A model generated the notes under the pieces. It did no database searches. It was not told the origin of the DNA and saw only the letters and a program-made list of their open reading frames with translations. The position numbers were made by a program, and so were the translations under genes. A stretch of DNA of 64,000 nt from assembly GCA_964429815.1 (NCBI GenBank), contig CAYSCM010000001.1, forward strand, positions 320,001-384,000, given 5' to 3'. The stretch comes from an uncultured Candidatus Saccharibacteria bacterium (GTDB lineage Bacteria; Patescibacteriota; Minisyncoccia; Phycocordibacterales; CAYSCM01). This document shows, piece by piece, positions 1 to 11,666 of this stretch (the stretch's first letter is position 1; each line of letters begins with the position of its first letter).

Positions 1-2454
<2,454 letters not shown>

Positions 2455-2694
2455 CGGCGGCGGTTCTGATTAGGTAGAGAAAGAAAGGGAGGCCCGCCAT
2501 GCATATGCGCGGATATGGATCTTCGGAGGGCGAAGTGAATATTCTCCTCCTGTACCTGCTCGTTGGGCTTGTTGCACTCATTCTGTGGGTTACGGCTCTC
2601 ACGGATAAGCTCCGTACTGGCCTGCGGGTAGTTGCCACTCGGGGCAAGAGACTCGTCGGTCGATTCGACACCCGAGACACTTGACAGGCTTCAT

Positions 2695-2726
2695 AGAGCT
2701 CCGCACTAGTGCGGAGCTCTTTGTTT
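2695..2726. terminator. intrinsic terminator hairpin after ligA
   Basis: agagctccgcactagtgcggagctct followed by ttgttt. Confidence 0.6.
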
Positions 2727-2753
2727 CAGCTCTAAAAGTGCTAGCATAACGCT

Positions 2754-3041
2754 ATGTTCGGAACCGATGACGTTAAAAAGCTCGCCGCCCTCGCGCGCAT
2801 CGAGCTCGGGAAAGCCGAGACGGAAAAGCTCGCCAAGGAGCTTTCCTCCATAGTCTCTTTCGTCGACCAGGTGCAAAGGGCACCTACGGGCACTGAGGAA
2901 GACAAACCGTCGCTCCGCAACGTCATGCGTGACGACATCGATCCGTATCCGCGCGGAGCCTTTTCAGAGAAGCTCCTTTCCGCGGCCCCGAAGCGAGAGG
3001 GCAGGTATTTCAAGGTAAGGAAGATAATCACCCGCTCATGA
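2754..3041 (+). CDS. gatC: Asp/Glu-tRNA amidotransferase subunit C
   Basis: 95 aa; typical GatC N-terminus (VKKLAALARIEL...); overlaps gatA start by 4 nt. Confidence 0.85.
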   Translation: MFGTDDVKKLAALARIELGKAETEKLAKELSSIVSFVDQVQRAPTGTEEDKPSLRNVMRDDIDPYPRGAFSEKLLSAAPKREGRYFKVRKIITRS

Positions 3042-4453
3042 AAGAATTACAAGGGCTTTCGCTTACCAAAGTCCGCGAGCTTCTCCATGCACGGGAAATT
3101 TCCTCGGAAGAACTCACCCGACAGCTCCTCGAAGTAGTCGAAAAAAGGAACGGACAGGTAAACGCATACCTGGAAGTATTTGATGACGCACTTGCGCAGG
3201 CGAAGGCCGCCGATGCGAGAATCGCTTCGGGAGAGAGCGGCGCGGTACTTGGGGTCCCGCTTGCGATAAAAGACAACATCCTCATCGAAGGGCGTCGTGT
3301 CGGGGCGGCATCGAAGATCCTCGAAGGCTATGTCGCAAGCTACGACGCGAGCGCGATAGGGAAACTCAGAGCTTCCGGAGCGGTATTTGTGGGCCGCACC
3401 AATATGGACGAATTCGCGATGGGCGGCTCAACGGAAAATTCCGCCTATGGCGCGACCAAAAATCCCCACGACGAAACTCGCGTAGCCGGCGGCTCTTCCG
3501 GAGGGTCCGCTGCAGCCGTCGCCATGGGCGGGGCGTGCGCCGCGCTTGGCTCAGATACGGGCGGCTCGGTGCGGCAGCCGAGCTCGTTTTGCGGGGTCGT
3601 GGGGCTCAAGCCGACCTATGGCGCCATTTCCCGCTATGGGCTTATCGCCATGGGCTCCTCGCTCGACCAGATCGGTCCGATAGGAAAAAGCGTTTCTGAT
3701 GTCCAGGTCCTTTTCGATGTCATGCGTGGTCGCGACAGTCTTGACTCGACCAACACGCCACCGGAGCTTTATCCAAAAGGCGGAAAGCCGATGACCATTG
3801 GAATCCCGTACCATTTTTTGGGAGAAGGAATGGAAACCGATGCACGTGCGGTGTTCGATTCCGCGGTCAAAAAAATGGAGAATGCCGGCTATAGGATTAA
3901 AGACATCAAACTCCCGAGCGTCACCTATGCGCTCCCGGTCTACTATATAGTGATGCCGGCCGAGGCGTCGACGAACCTTGCGCGCTTTGATGGCGTACGC
4001 TACGGGCTCCGCCGGGACGGGAAGGATATGCTCGACGAATATCTCAAGACCCGCGGCTTTGGGTTCGGCCCGGAAGTTCGGCGTCGCATCATTCTCGGGA
4101 CTTATGTTCTGTCGGCCGGCTATTACGATGCATACTATCGAAAAGCTGATGCACTCCGGCGCGTCATCGCAAGGGAGTATCAAAACGCATTTGAGGATGT
4201 CGACCTCATTGTGACGCCAACGACCCCGGGACCTTCCTTTAAGGTTGGGGCGAAACAGGACCCACTTTCTCTCTACCTCGAAGATATTTTTACCGTCCCC
4301 GCAAACCTCACAGGGCTTCCCGCTATGTCAGTGCCTTCCGGAGTAGTCTCCCGGGACGGCCAGGACGTGCCGCTTGGCATTCAATTCACGGCACCGCAGG
4401 GAGGAGAAGGATCTTTGTTTGCGGCCGGGATAGATTTTGAACAGGTCCGCTGA
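3038..4453 (+). CDS. gatA: Glu-tRNA(Gln)/Asp-tRNA(Asn) amidotransferase subunit A (amidase)
   Basis: 471 aa; amidase signature GGSSGGSAAAVA and Ser-cisSer-Lys context. Confidence 0.95.
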   Translation: MKELQGLSLTKVRELLHAREISSEELTRQLLEVVEKRNGQVNAYLEVFDDALAQAKAADARIASGESGAVLGVPLAIKDNILIEGRRVGAASKILEGYVASYDASAIGKLRASGAVFVGRTNMDEFAMGGSTENSAYGATKNPHDETRVAGGSSGGSAAAVAMGGACAALGSDTGGSVRQPSSFCGVVGLKPTYGAISRYGLIAMGSSLDQIGPIGKSVSDVQVLFDVMRGRDSLDSTNTPPELYPKGGKPMTIGIPYHFLGEGMETDARAVFDSAVKKMENAGYRIKDIKLPSVTYALPVYYIVMPAEASTNLARFDGVRYGLRRDGKDMLDEYLKTRGFGFGPEVRRRIILGTYVLSAGYYDAYYRKADALRRVIAREYQNAFEDVDLIVTPTTPGPSFKVGAKQDPLSLYLEDIFTVPANLTGLPAMSVPSGVVSRDGQDVPLGIQFTAPQGGEGSLFAAGIDFEQVR

Positions 4454-4488
4454 AGACGGGTGCTTGGTGTCGTATACTAGAGAGCGAA

Positions 4489-5055
4489 ATGAATGAGATA
4501 ACGTTCCTCAATCTCGAGTATTTTTTTCTCCTGATTTACAACTTTTTTACGGGAGCGCATATCGTCGCCGCGCCCGAACACATTCGGGCCATTTGGAAGA
4601 CGTTTTCTTTTTTCTCCACGTTCATCAGCCTCCTTTTCCTTTCCGTCGCCATATATTCCTATGTGCGTCTGAGGGCCATCCGTCGGGATGAAGTGAAAAA
4701 GTATGGATACGTGCCCCTAGTCGAGTCTCCGCGGGAAAGGCACGACCCTCGTTGGCAACGGGTAGAGGCGCTCATGTCTTCGCTCAATGAGAACGACTGG
4801 CGCCAGGCCATCATCGAGGCGGATGTCATGCTCGACGATATGCTAAAAGGCATGGGCTACCCCGGCGATACGCTCGGGGAGCGGCTCAAGTCCATCGAAT
4901 CGAGCGATTTCGAAACCCTCAACGATGCATGGGAAGCGCACAAAATACGAAACGAGATAGCGCACGGCGGACTCGATTACCACCTCGACCGACGTCGCGC
5001 GCAGCACGCTGTCAACCTCTTCGGGAACGTGTTTCGTGCAAATTATTTGATATAG
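4489..5055 (+). CDS. hypothetical membrane-anchored protein
   Basis: 188 aa; N-terminal TM segments, no recognisable catalytic motif. Confidence 0.5.
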   Translation: MNEITFLNLEYFFLLIYNFFTGAHIVAAPEHIRAIWKTFSFFSTFISLLFLSVAIYSYVRLRAIRRDEVKKYGYVPLVESPRERHDPRWQRVEALMSSLNENDWRQAIIEADVMLDDMLKGMGYPGDTLGERLKSIESSDFETLNDAWEAHKIRNEIAHGGLDYHLDRRRAQHAVNLFGNVFRANYLI

Positions 5056-5113
5056 AAACCGGGGATTGGTCACACGTTTCGCTTCGCGAACTCGCGATCC
5101 CGCCCCACCGTCG

Positions 5114-5181
5114 CCTCACTCTCTCCGCAATCCAGAGAACAGAAAAGGACACGCAGAAGCGTGTCCTTTTCTGTTCTTGTT
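5114..5181. repeat. hairpin-containing direct repeat, copy 1 (about 68 nt)
   Basis: About 91% identical to 6285-6348; internal 19-20 bp stem gagaacagaaaaggacacgc/agaa/gcgtgtccttttctgttc. Confidence 0.75.
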
Positions 5182-5240
5182 ACACAGCTAGGACGATAGT
5201 GGCTCAAGATTTATAAGTTGGTTTTCCACACTTATGCTGC

Positions 5241-6116
5241 CTAGAAGTTTATATTTATGACGGTTCCGGCTACGTCTGAAATGTGGAAATAGGGTGGAGG
5301 TGATAAGGATTCAGAATTGAAAACGAAAGGATGTGAGGTTGTGGAAATACCGTCGCTTGCCTTGAAGGAGATCTGAAAAGTCGGGGTGTAGAATACTACA
5401 GTCGACATAAGATCACTTAATTTCGTTACCATCGGAACTAGATAATCATATATGCCGTCATGACCAACCGTTGCACTAATGGCTGTCATGTTTGGCGTCA
5501 ACGAAAAAGTAGAGGTTGCATTAGCAAAATGGTCATACGCGACGACCTGTATTGAACGGAAATCAATTGGAAAGGTAGTGTTCAAGGTAACCGAGCTGTT
5601 AGAAAGAACTGCGTAAATTACCTTTTTAGGAAGCACAGGAATTTGAGGACTTGCTACCGCTACTACAAGAGGCGGTGGGCCTTGTGGTGTAGGTGGTGGT
5701 GCCGGCTGGAACTCCTTTTTCTGCTGAGCAATTAACATATTCATCTTATTCTCTAAGTCCTGTATTGCGGCCGTTGTCGTGGGGGCGCTTTGACCGTCAG
5801 CACTTGTCGAAACCTGACTGATATGTTTCCGCGTAAGGGGACCGACATAACCCGACGCAGGAGAAATGCCCTCTTTAATTTGGAACGCGATTACAGCCCT
5901 CTTTGTCATAGGTCCGAAGAATGAAGTAATCGGTCCGGAATATACATTTTTTAATGTAAGAAATTGCTGAAGAGCAGCAACATCAGCACCTCTGATTCCT
6001 AGTGACAGGTTTCTATTGAAAGTAGCGTCAGCAAAAGCTACTAGAGGCAAAACTGCGAATACCAAAAGAAGTTTCTTCATTGAATACAATATGCAACAAC
6101 TGGCGCCGTTAAGCAA
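5241..6116 (-). CDS. secreted protein with peptidoglycan-binding (PG_binding_1-like) domain and Pro-rich linker
   Basis: 291 aa; signal peptide MKKLLLVFAVLPLVAFA; GIRGADVAALQQFLTLKN...TKRAVIAFQ motif; PAPPPTPQGPPP linker. Confidence 0.7.
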   Translation of the reverse strand: MLNGASCCILYSMKKLLLVFAVLPLVAFADATFNRNLSLGIRGADVAALQQFLTLKNVYSGPITSFFGPMTKRAVIAFQIKEGISPASGYVGPLTRKHISQVSTSADGQSAPTTTAAIQDLENKMNMLIAQQKKEFQPAPPPTPQGPPPLVVAVASPQIPVLPKKVIYAVLSNSSVTLNTTFPIDFRSIQVVAYDHFANATSTFSLTPNMTAISATVGHDGIYDYLVPMVTKLSDLMSTVVFYTPTFQISFKASDGISTTSHPFVFNSESLSPPPYFHISDVAGTVININF

Positions 6117-6284
6117 AATTACTCGAATCCGTCAAAGTGTGAGATTTTGTTCATTGCGGGGTAATTGGTCACGGATATTTCGCTCGTCGTCGCTCGCGAA
6201 ATTCCGCGACCCCGGCTCGGCATCGAAATCCGCTGATTTCGATATGCCTGCGCCTTGCAATTCCCGCCGCGAGGCAAGTAGTTG

Positions 6285-6348
6285 CCTCGCTCTCTCCACA
6301 AACCAGAGAACAGAAAAGACACGCAAAAGCGTGTCTTTTCTGTTCTTG
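6285..6348. repeat. hairpin-containing direct repeat, copy 2
   Basis: Same 68-nt unit as 5114-5181 with paired G/C single-base deletions on both stem arms; directly abuts 3' end of tRNA-Met. Confidence 0.75.
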
Positions 6349-6420
6349 TTGCGGGGGCGGGAATTGCACCCGCGACCTCAAGGTTATGAGCCTTGCGAGC
6401 TACTGCTGCTCCACCCCGCT
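6349..6420 (-). tRNA. tRNA-Met (anticodon CAU); initiator-like overall layout with A1:A72 mismatch
   Basis: Manual fold: AGCGGGG/UG/GAGC-AGCAGUA-GCUC/G/CAAGG-CUCAUAA-CCUUG/AGGUC/GCGGG-UGCAAUU-CCCGC/CCCCGCA-A; no encoded CCA. Confidence 0.8.
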
Positions 6421-6454
6421 ATGATGGGAGAAGTATAGCCAAAGGGGAGATTTA

Positions 6455-6493
6455 TGCAAATAAAAAAGTAACCCGCTGGTGTATGCGGGTTAC
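6455..6493 (-). terminator. intrinsic terminator for 6490..6822 gene
   Basis: gtaacccgc-tggtgtat-gcgggttac hairpin followed by T6 on minus strand. Confidence 0.65.
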
Positions 6494-6822
6494 GAGGCTT
6501 TGCCGTTGTATTTCTTTCGGCCGCGCTTAAATTCTTTGAGCACTTCGTCAGAGATGAGGAGAAATTCCTTCTGCCCACCATCGTCCACGTGCTTTTTGCG
6601 CCGAATCGGAATTTTCATCCAAAGGGTCCTTGAGCGGGTGTAGAGGTAGATCACCTCTACGGGTCCCTCGTCGGAAAAGACGCCGACATCCTTTCGAGGA
6701 TCCTCCGGTCCAAAACCTTTCTTATAAATGTGCTGCGGTTCCTTGGGATCGTCGTTTTTCTCGATGTAGGGCATCCCATGCGGGATGTCGCGAAAGTGCA
6801 TGAGTCCCAATTTCATGACCAA
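6490..6822 (-). CDS. hypothetical protein
   Basis: 110 aa ORF, basic C-terminus, followed by terminator. Confidence 0.45.
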   Translation of the reverse strand: MVMKLGLMHFRDIPHGMPYIEKNDDPKEPQHIYKKGFGPEDPRKDVGVFSDEGPVEVIYLYTRSRTLWMKIPIRRKKHVDDGGQKEFLLISDEVLKEFKRGRKKYNGKAS

Positions 6823-6979
6823 CCCCCTGTGCTCCTTTTTCCTACTTGATGATGTGATGGAAATAGAGTTGCGTCAACGAACAAAGCCCAATTCAAGTTT
6901 TTATTTTGCGTAACCTGGTGGACGCTGTTGGAACTAAAATACGTGAAAATCAGGAATGCATTTATATTCCCGATCTATC

Positions 6980-7303
6980 CTAAGAATCACCCTCAATCAT
7001 CTCGCCCACCAAAAAGTCGCAGCCATTAGGGCCGACGACTGCCGTGTGCTCCTTACTAGGTGGGACATCAAATCGGTCACCTTCTTTAAGGGTTACTTCT
7101 TCATCACCAAACTGAAACGTGAGTCCGCCGCCAAGTATGTACATGCTGACTTTGTCCTTGTGGACATGCGCCGGGTACTTCGTTCGTGCGTCATCATGCC
7201 ATTCATACACGTGAGGGAATCCTTCGTCAGCCAATTTGTGCTTCAATACCTCTTTATCCATAACTGAATTGTAACAAAAATGGACTATCTTTCGGATAGT
7301 CAT
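6980..7303 (-). CDS. cupin-domain protein
   Basis: 107 aa; cupin_2-like His cluster HVHKD...; beta-barrel pattern. Confidence 0.65.
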   Translation of the reverse strand: MTIRKIVHFCYNSVMDKEVLKHKLADEGFPHVYEWHDDARTKYPAHVHKDKVSMYILGGGLTFQFGDEEVTLKEGDRFDVPPSKEHTAVVGPNGCDFLVGEMIEGDS

Positions 7304-7515
7304 TTTTCAACCAATCTACGATTATTTGCGCGGTGGACGGTAGCGTGGACCTGGTCAGGCATTCCATAATCGCCGTCGCGATTATGGCCGCACGACCCTG
7401 CCTCGCGGTTTCGCGTGCTGGCGAAACATCGCTCCGGCCTTCAAGTCCCGATGCCGCTTCGCGGCTTCTAAAATCCAAAACCCGCCGGAATAAATCCCGA
7501 CGGGTTTTGACTTAG

Positions 7516-7590
7516 CGCGGCGGACGGGACTTGAACCCGCAACCTCCCGCGTGACAGGCGGGTGCTCTAACCAAGTTGAGCTACCACCGC
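7516..7590 (-). tRNA. tRNA-Asp (GUC)
   Basis: Manual fold: GCGGUGG...CCCGC-CUGUCAC-GCGGG...GCGGG-UUCAAGU-CCCGU-CCGCCGC-G. Confidence 0.9.
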
Positions 7591-7647
7591 ATCTTTACGA
7601 TGCGAACGCAGACACTGTAGCAGAAAATGAAGGTCTTTCAAACGGTC

Positions 7648-8127
7648 TCACTCTTTAATGTTCTGAAAAGAAAGGCGGTCATATTCATCTGTAGGAAAGA
7701 CAGCAAAACCTGAGTCCTGCCAGAGCACAAACTCTGCAATGCCGCAGTCGAGAGCCAGGCGGCTACAAACGGTGCAGTAGGGCTTGCCAGAGTGTTTGGG
7801 TTCACCCACCTCCGTTACCCGAACAAAATATAAGCGGGAGCCTTTTATTTTTTGTGGATTACGGCTTTGCGCGTCCAGTATCGCGCGCCACTCCGAATGC
7901 ATGCAGCATGTATGATCGTAGCGATAGTTTTTCGGCAGTTCATATTCACTGAGGCAGGTCCGGTAAATCGGGTTGTCTAAGGGAGGAGCGTTGTATCCTT
8001 CGCCTATTACTTCGCCGTCTTTTACGATGACGGTGCCACACTTTGCCCTAAGACATAGCGCCTTTCGGGCGACTCGGGCCGCCTCATCAATCCAGTGTTT
8101 AGCTTCTTGTTCTGCAACAAGCTTCAT
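7648..8127 (-). CDS. cytidine/deoxycytidylate deaminase-family zinc enzyme
   Basis: 159 aa; CMHSEW...PYCTVCSRL (H/C-x-E ... PCxxC zinc motif). Confidence 0.6.
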   Translation of the reverse strand: MKLVAEQEAKHWIDEAARVARKALCLRAKCGTVIVKDGEVIGEGYNAPPLDNPIYRTCLSEYELPKNYRYDHTCCMHSEWRAILDAQSRNPQKIKGSRLYFVRVTEVGEPKHSGKPYCTVCSRLALDCGIAEFVLWQDSGFAVFPTDEYDRLSFQNIKE

Positions 8128-8140
8128 GATCTTAAAGCTG

Positions 8141-8214
8141 TGCCGGGGGACGGGATCGAACCGTCGACCTGACGCTTATGAAACGTCCGCTCTAACCGAC
8201 TGAGCTACCCCGGC
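8141..8214 (-). tRNA. tRNA-Met (CAU) (could be elongator Met or lysidine-Ile2)
   Basis: Manual fold: GCCGGGG...GACGU-UUCAUAA-GCGUC...GACGG-UUCGAUC-CCGUC-CCCCGGC-A. Confidence 0.85.
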
Positions 8215-8233
8215 GCAGTCTTACGCTATCATC

Positions 8234-8674
8234 GTGCCAAGAACTCTACAAGGAGCGCGCTATACTGTGGTAATGCGCTCAATTCAGATTATTTTGCTCG
8301 GGCTCATCTTCATTGGGATTGGTCTCATTGCGACGAAAAATCTCTGGCTCCCTCCGCTTGCAGATGCTGTGGTAGAGCGTGAGGGAGCGAAAATATGGAT
8401 CGATCAGTATTTCTCAAAAGATCCTTCGCATGTGTACTACGCATCCTTCCAGGGCGGAAAGGAGGGCGTGATAACGGTCACGACCAAGGCTCTCGAAGGA
8501 GCGGACCCGGATACGTTTAGAAGAGTAAGCGATATGACTGTCAGCACGACAACCGCCAGCTATCGTGAGTGGGCGCTCTATAGCGACAAAAACTCGACGT
8601 ACACCTACCTCATTTTCAAAACCGCGGGCGGCGTTCAAACGCTCGTGACCGCGACAAGCTCAAGCGCGCGGTAG
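8234..8674 (+). CDS. hypothetical membrane-anchored secreted protein
   Basis: 146 aa; N-terminal TM helix then soluble domain. Confidence 0.5.
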   Translation: MPRTLQGARYTVVMRSIQIILLGLIFIGIGLIATKNLWLPPLADAVVEREGAKIWIDQYFSKDPSHVYYASFQGGKEGVITVTTKALEGADPDTFRRVSDMTVSTTTASYREWALYSDKNSTYTYLIFKTAGGVQTLVTATSSSAR

Positions 8675-8675
8675 C

Positions 8676-9842
8676 ATGAAGCGCATCTTTAGTTTCCCAC
8701 GCAATATTTTCTTTCTCGGACTGACGAGCCTCTTCAACGATTTTTCCTCCGAGATGATCTACGCTGTATTTCCGGCTTTTTTCACCTCTGTCCTCCATGC
8801 TGGCGCACAGTCGCTCGGGCTTGTCGATGGTATCGCGGAAGCTGCTTCAAATTTTTTTAAGATTTATTCCGGCAATCTCTCCGACCGCCTCGGGAAGCGC
8901 CGGCCGCTGGTCATTGCGGGCTACACACTTTCCGTTTTCACACGTCCGCTCTATGTACTGTTTGCTTCCGTGGGCGGGGCGCTTAGTCTGCGCGTTCTCG
9001 ATCGTGTTGGAAAAGGCTTTAGGGACGCGCCAAGGGACGCTATTATCTCACTCTCGACACCGAAAGAAGAATTGGGCCGATCATTTGGCTTCCATAGGTC
9101 GATGGATACCCTCGGTTCCATTTTAGGACCCCTAGCCGCATATTTCCTTCTCCTCTATTTCCCGGGACAATTCGGTTCGCTTTTTTTGGCTTCGTTTGGA
9201 GTAGGCCTCATTGCGCTGTTTTCGCTCCTTTTTATCTCCGATGCAGCGATCTCGACCGGGCCGCTCAAGCGCGGATTTATCGGCTCACTCGACCGATACT
9301 CAAAAAAATTCAAACTGTTTCTCCTCGCCGTATTCATCCTCTCAATGGGGGCCCTTCCGGTTGCGGTCTTGCTCCTCAAGACAGAGTCGCTCGGACTCAA
9401 CATTGCCACTATACCCCTCTTCTACGTCGTCTACAGCATTTCTTACACCATTTTTTCTTTTATCGCCGGCAGTGTGAGTGACAAGATGGGCTCTCGCATT
9501 GTTATATCTCTCGGCTATCTAACTCTCATCGCCAGTTACTTCTTTATAGATGCCGCGCGGAGCGCCTGGAGCCTCGCGCTCGGTTTTTTTGTGTTAGGAC
9601 TTTTTCCGGCCCTTACCGATGGAGTTCAACGCTCTCTTGCGTCACAACTCTCGGGAACGCAGGAGCGCGGAGGGGCGCTCGGTCTTCTCAATGCGGCAGT
9701 GGGCCTCGGTGCGCTCATTGCGGGAGTTGGCGGTGGCTATGTGTGGCAAATGTTCGGCCCCAGCGCCGCATTTTTCGTTGGCGCTAAAGTGATTCTCGTA
9801 GGTCTCGTTGTTTTTGTTATCGCATCGCGATTACGCAGGTAA
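8676..9842 (+). CDS. MFS transporter
   Basis: 388 aa; about 12 TM segments, MFS-like loop GKRRPL. Confidence 0.8.
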   Translation: MKRIFSFPRNIFFLGLTSLFNDFSSEMIYAVFPAFFTSVLHAGAQSLGLVDGIAEAASNFFKIYSGNLSDRLGKRRPLVIAGYTLSVFTRPLYVLFASVGGALSLRVLDRVGKGFRDAPRDAIISLSTPKEELGRSFGFHRSMDTLGSILGPLAAYFLLLYFPGQFGSLFLASFGVGLIALFSLLFISDAAISTGPLKRGFIGSLDRYSKKFKLFLLAVFILSMGALPVAVLLLKTESLGLNIATIPLFYVVYSISYTIFSFIAGSVSDKMGSRIVISLGYLTLIASYFFIDAARSAWSLALGFFVLGLFPALTDGVQRSLASQLSGTQERGGALGLLNAAVGLGALIAGVGGGYVWQMFGPSAAFFVGAKVILVGLVVFVIASRLRR

Positions 9843-9889
9843 TGTTTTTGCAAAACGGGCGAAATTGGCTAGTATGTTCATTGTTTTGT

Positions 9890-9962
9890 GCCACCTTAGC
9901 TCAATTGGTAGAGCAACGGTATCGTAAACCGTAGGTTCCCGGTTCAAGCCCGGGAGGTGGCT
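9890..9962 (+). tRNA. tRNA-Thr (CGU)
   Basis: GCCACCU...ACGGU-AUCGUAA-ACCGU...CCCGG-UUCAAGC-CCGGG-AGGUGGC-U. Confidence 0.9.
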
Positions 9963-9991
9963 CCCTGAAATGTTCAGGTCGCATACGCGAT

Positions 9992-10064
9992 GCCGAAGTA
10001 GCTCAGTTGGCAGAGCATTCCCATGGTAAGGGAAAGGTCGCCGGTTCGATTCCGGCCTTCGGCT
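9992..10064 (+). tRNA. tRNA-Thr (GGU)
   Basis: GCCGAAG...UUCCC-AUGGUAA-GGGAA...GCCGG-UUCGAUU-CCGGC-CUUCGGC-U. Confidence 0.9.
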
Positions 10065-10068
10065 CAAC

Positions 10069-10950
10069 ATGAAGGACGAAAAAGACGTAAAGAGACGGAT
10101 CGTTTTACTCGAAGCCGCCATGGCCGCGCCGGATTTTTGGGCCGATAAAGAAAAAGCACAAGCTTCCATAAAAGAACTTCGGGAGCTCAAAGCGGCACTG
10201 GAGGGGAGAGGAAAGTACGATGCTGGCGAGGCTATCGTTTCCATTTTCTCGGGAGCGGGGGGAGATGACGCGGAGGATTTCTCCGCGATGCTCTTTGGCA
10301 TGTATCGCAAATTCTCCGAGGGAAAGGGGTGGGGACTCACCCTTCTAGGGGAAAATCAAAACAACCACGGAGGCTTTCGCAACGTGACTTTTGAAATAAG
10401 GGGCAAAAACGTATACGGCACGCTTAAAAACGAATCGGGCGTGCACCGGCTGGTGCGCGTGTCCCCGTTCAACGCCCAAGGTAAGCGTCAGACGTCCTTC
10501 TCTCTCGTCGAAGTCGTCCCGAAGCTTCCAAAGACCGACGACATCGATATCCCCGCCGACGACATCGATATCCAATTCCAAAAGGCGGGAGGCCCCGGCG
10601 GGCAAAACGTCAATAAGCGCGAGACCGCCGTGCGAGCCGTCCACAAACCTACCGGCATTTCGGTCCACGTTACGAGCGAGCGCAGCCAAGCGCAGAATAA
10701 GGAAAAGGCTCTTGAGGTCATCAAAGGAAAGCTCTTCAAAAAGCAAGAAGAAGACAGAAAACGTGAGGCTGCGGGCCTATCAATCTCGAAGACGACGTCC
10801 ATCGAGTGGGGCAACCAGATACGTTCCTATGTCCTCCACCCCTACAAGCTCGTCAAAGACCACCGCACGAGCGTCGAGGCGCACGACCCAGACTCCGTGC
10901 TCGCAGGAAATCTAGAAAAATTTATTGAAGCAGAGAAAAATTTAGAGTAA
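10069..10950 (+). CDS. prfB: peptide chain release factor 2 (short form, no programmed frameshift)
   Basis: 293 aa; SPF tripeptide (RF2-type), GGQ motif ([10 protein letters not shown]), [10 protein letters not shown]; starts 5 nt after tRNA-Thr. Confidence 0.85.
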   Translation: MKDEKDVKRRIVLLEAAMAAPDFWADKEKAQASIKELRELKAALEGRGKYDAGEAIVSIFSGAGGDDAEDFSAMLFGMYRKFSEGKGWGLTLLGENQNNHGGFRNVTFEIRGKNVYGTLKNESGVHRLVRVSPFNAQGKRQTSFSLVEVVPKLPKTDDIDIPADDIDIQFQKAGGPGGQNVNKRETAVRAVHKPTGISVHVTSERSQAQNKEKALEVIKGKLFKKQEEDRKREAAGLSISKTTSIEWGNQIRSYVLHPYKLVKDHRTSVEAHDPDSVLAGNLEKFIEAEKNLE

Positions 10951-10962
10951 ACTGTCTAAGTT

Positions 10963-11643
10963 GTGATCTATTTCGATAAGGTCAGTAAGGTCTACGCCGA
11001 TAACTCCGTGGCGCTCGACGATGTGACACTCTCGATAGCTCCGGGAGAGTTTGTCTCCGTCGTCGGCCACTCTGGTGCAGGAAAGACGACGCTCCTCAAG
11101 ATGCTTCTTGCGGAAGATAAGCCGTCTTCCGGAAACGTATTTTATGAATCAGTCGATGTGCACCGTCTCAATAGGACCCAAATAAACGAGTACCGACGTC
11201 GTATTGGCGCAGTTTTCCAGGATTTTCGTCTCCTGCCGCACAAAACGGCCTACGAAAATATCGCCTTCGCGATGGAAGCCGCCGGGCGCAGCGACGAGGA
11301 AATAGAATCCGACGTTCCGCACGTTCTCGAACTCGTAGATCTCGCCGATAAAATGTGGAATTTCCCAAAAGAGATGAGCGGCGGAGAGCAGCAGCGCGTC
11401 GCCATCGCGCGCGCCATCGTCAATCAGCCGGATATCGTCATTGCGGACGAGCCGACGGGGAACCTCGACCCCATCAATACCTTCGAGGTGGTTCAAATTC
11501 TCAAGAAGGTAAATGACTTAGGCACTACGGTGATCCTCACAACGCACAACAAAGGGGTCATAGACTCTCTGGGAAGACGTGTCATCACCCTCGATCGCGG
11601 TAGGATCGTGCGCGATGATAAGAGCGGCACGTACGTCCTCTAA
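10963..11643 (+). CDS. ftsE: cell division ABC transporter ATP-binding protein FtsE
   Basis: 226 aa; GTG start; Walker A GHSGAGKTT, signature LSGGEQQR, Walker B IVIADEPTG. Confidence 0.9.
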   Translation: MIYFDKVSKVYADNSVALDDVTLSIAPGEFVSVVGHSGAGKTTLLKMLLAEDKPSSGNVFYESVDVHRLNRTQINEYRRRIGAVFQDFRLLPHKTAYENIAFAMEAAGRSDEEIESDVPHVLELVDLADKMWNFPKEMSGGEQQRVAIARAIVNQPDIVIADEPTGNLDPINTFEVVQILKKVNDLGTTVILTTHNKGVIDSLGRRVITLDRGRIVRDDKSGTYVL

Positions 11644-11666
11644 AAACTGTTGTATACTGGGTCGGT

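Noticed and set aside
6349-10064. Cluster of five tRNAs as a possible integration hotspot
   Set aside because: Apart from the hairpin repeats next to tRNA-Met, no recombinase or compositional shift was seen here; the island is associated with tRNA-Gln instead.
10543-10578. Tandem 17-nt repeat (cgacgacatcgatatcc x2)
   Set aside because: Only two copies, within the prfB coding sequence; not a CRISPR or VNTR array. Noted under the prfB finding.
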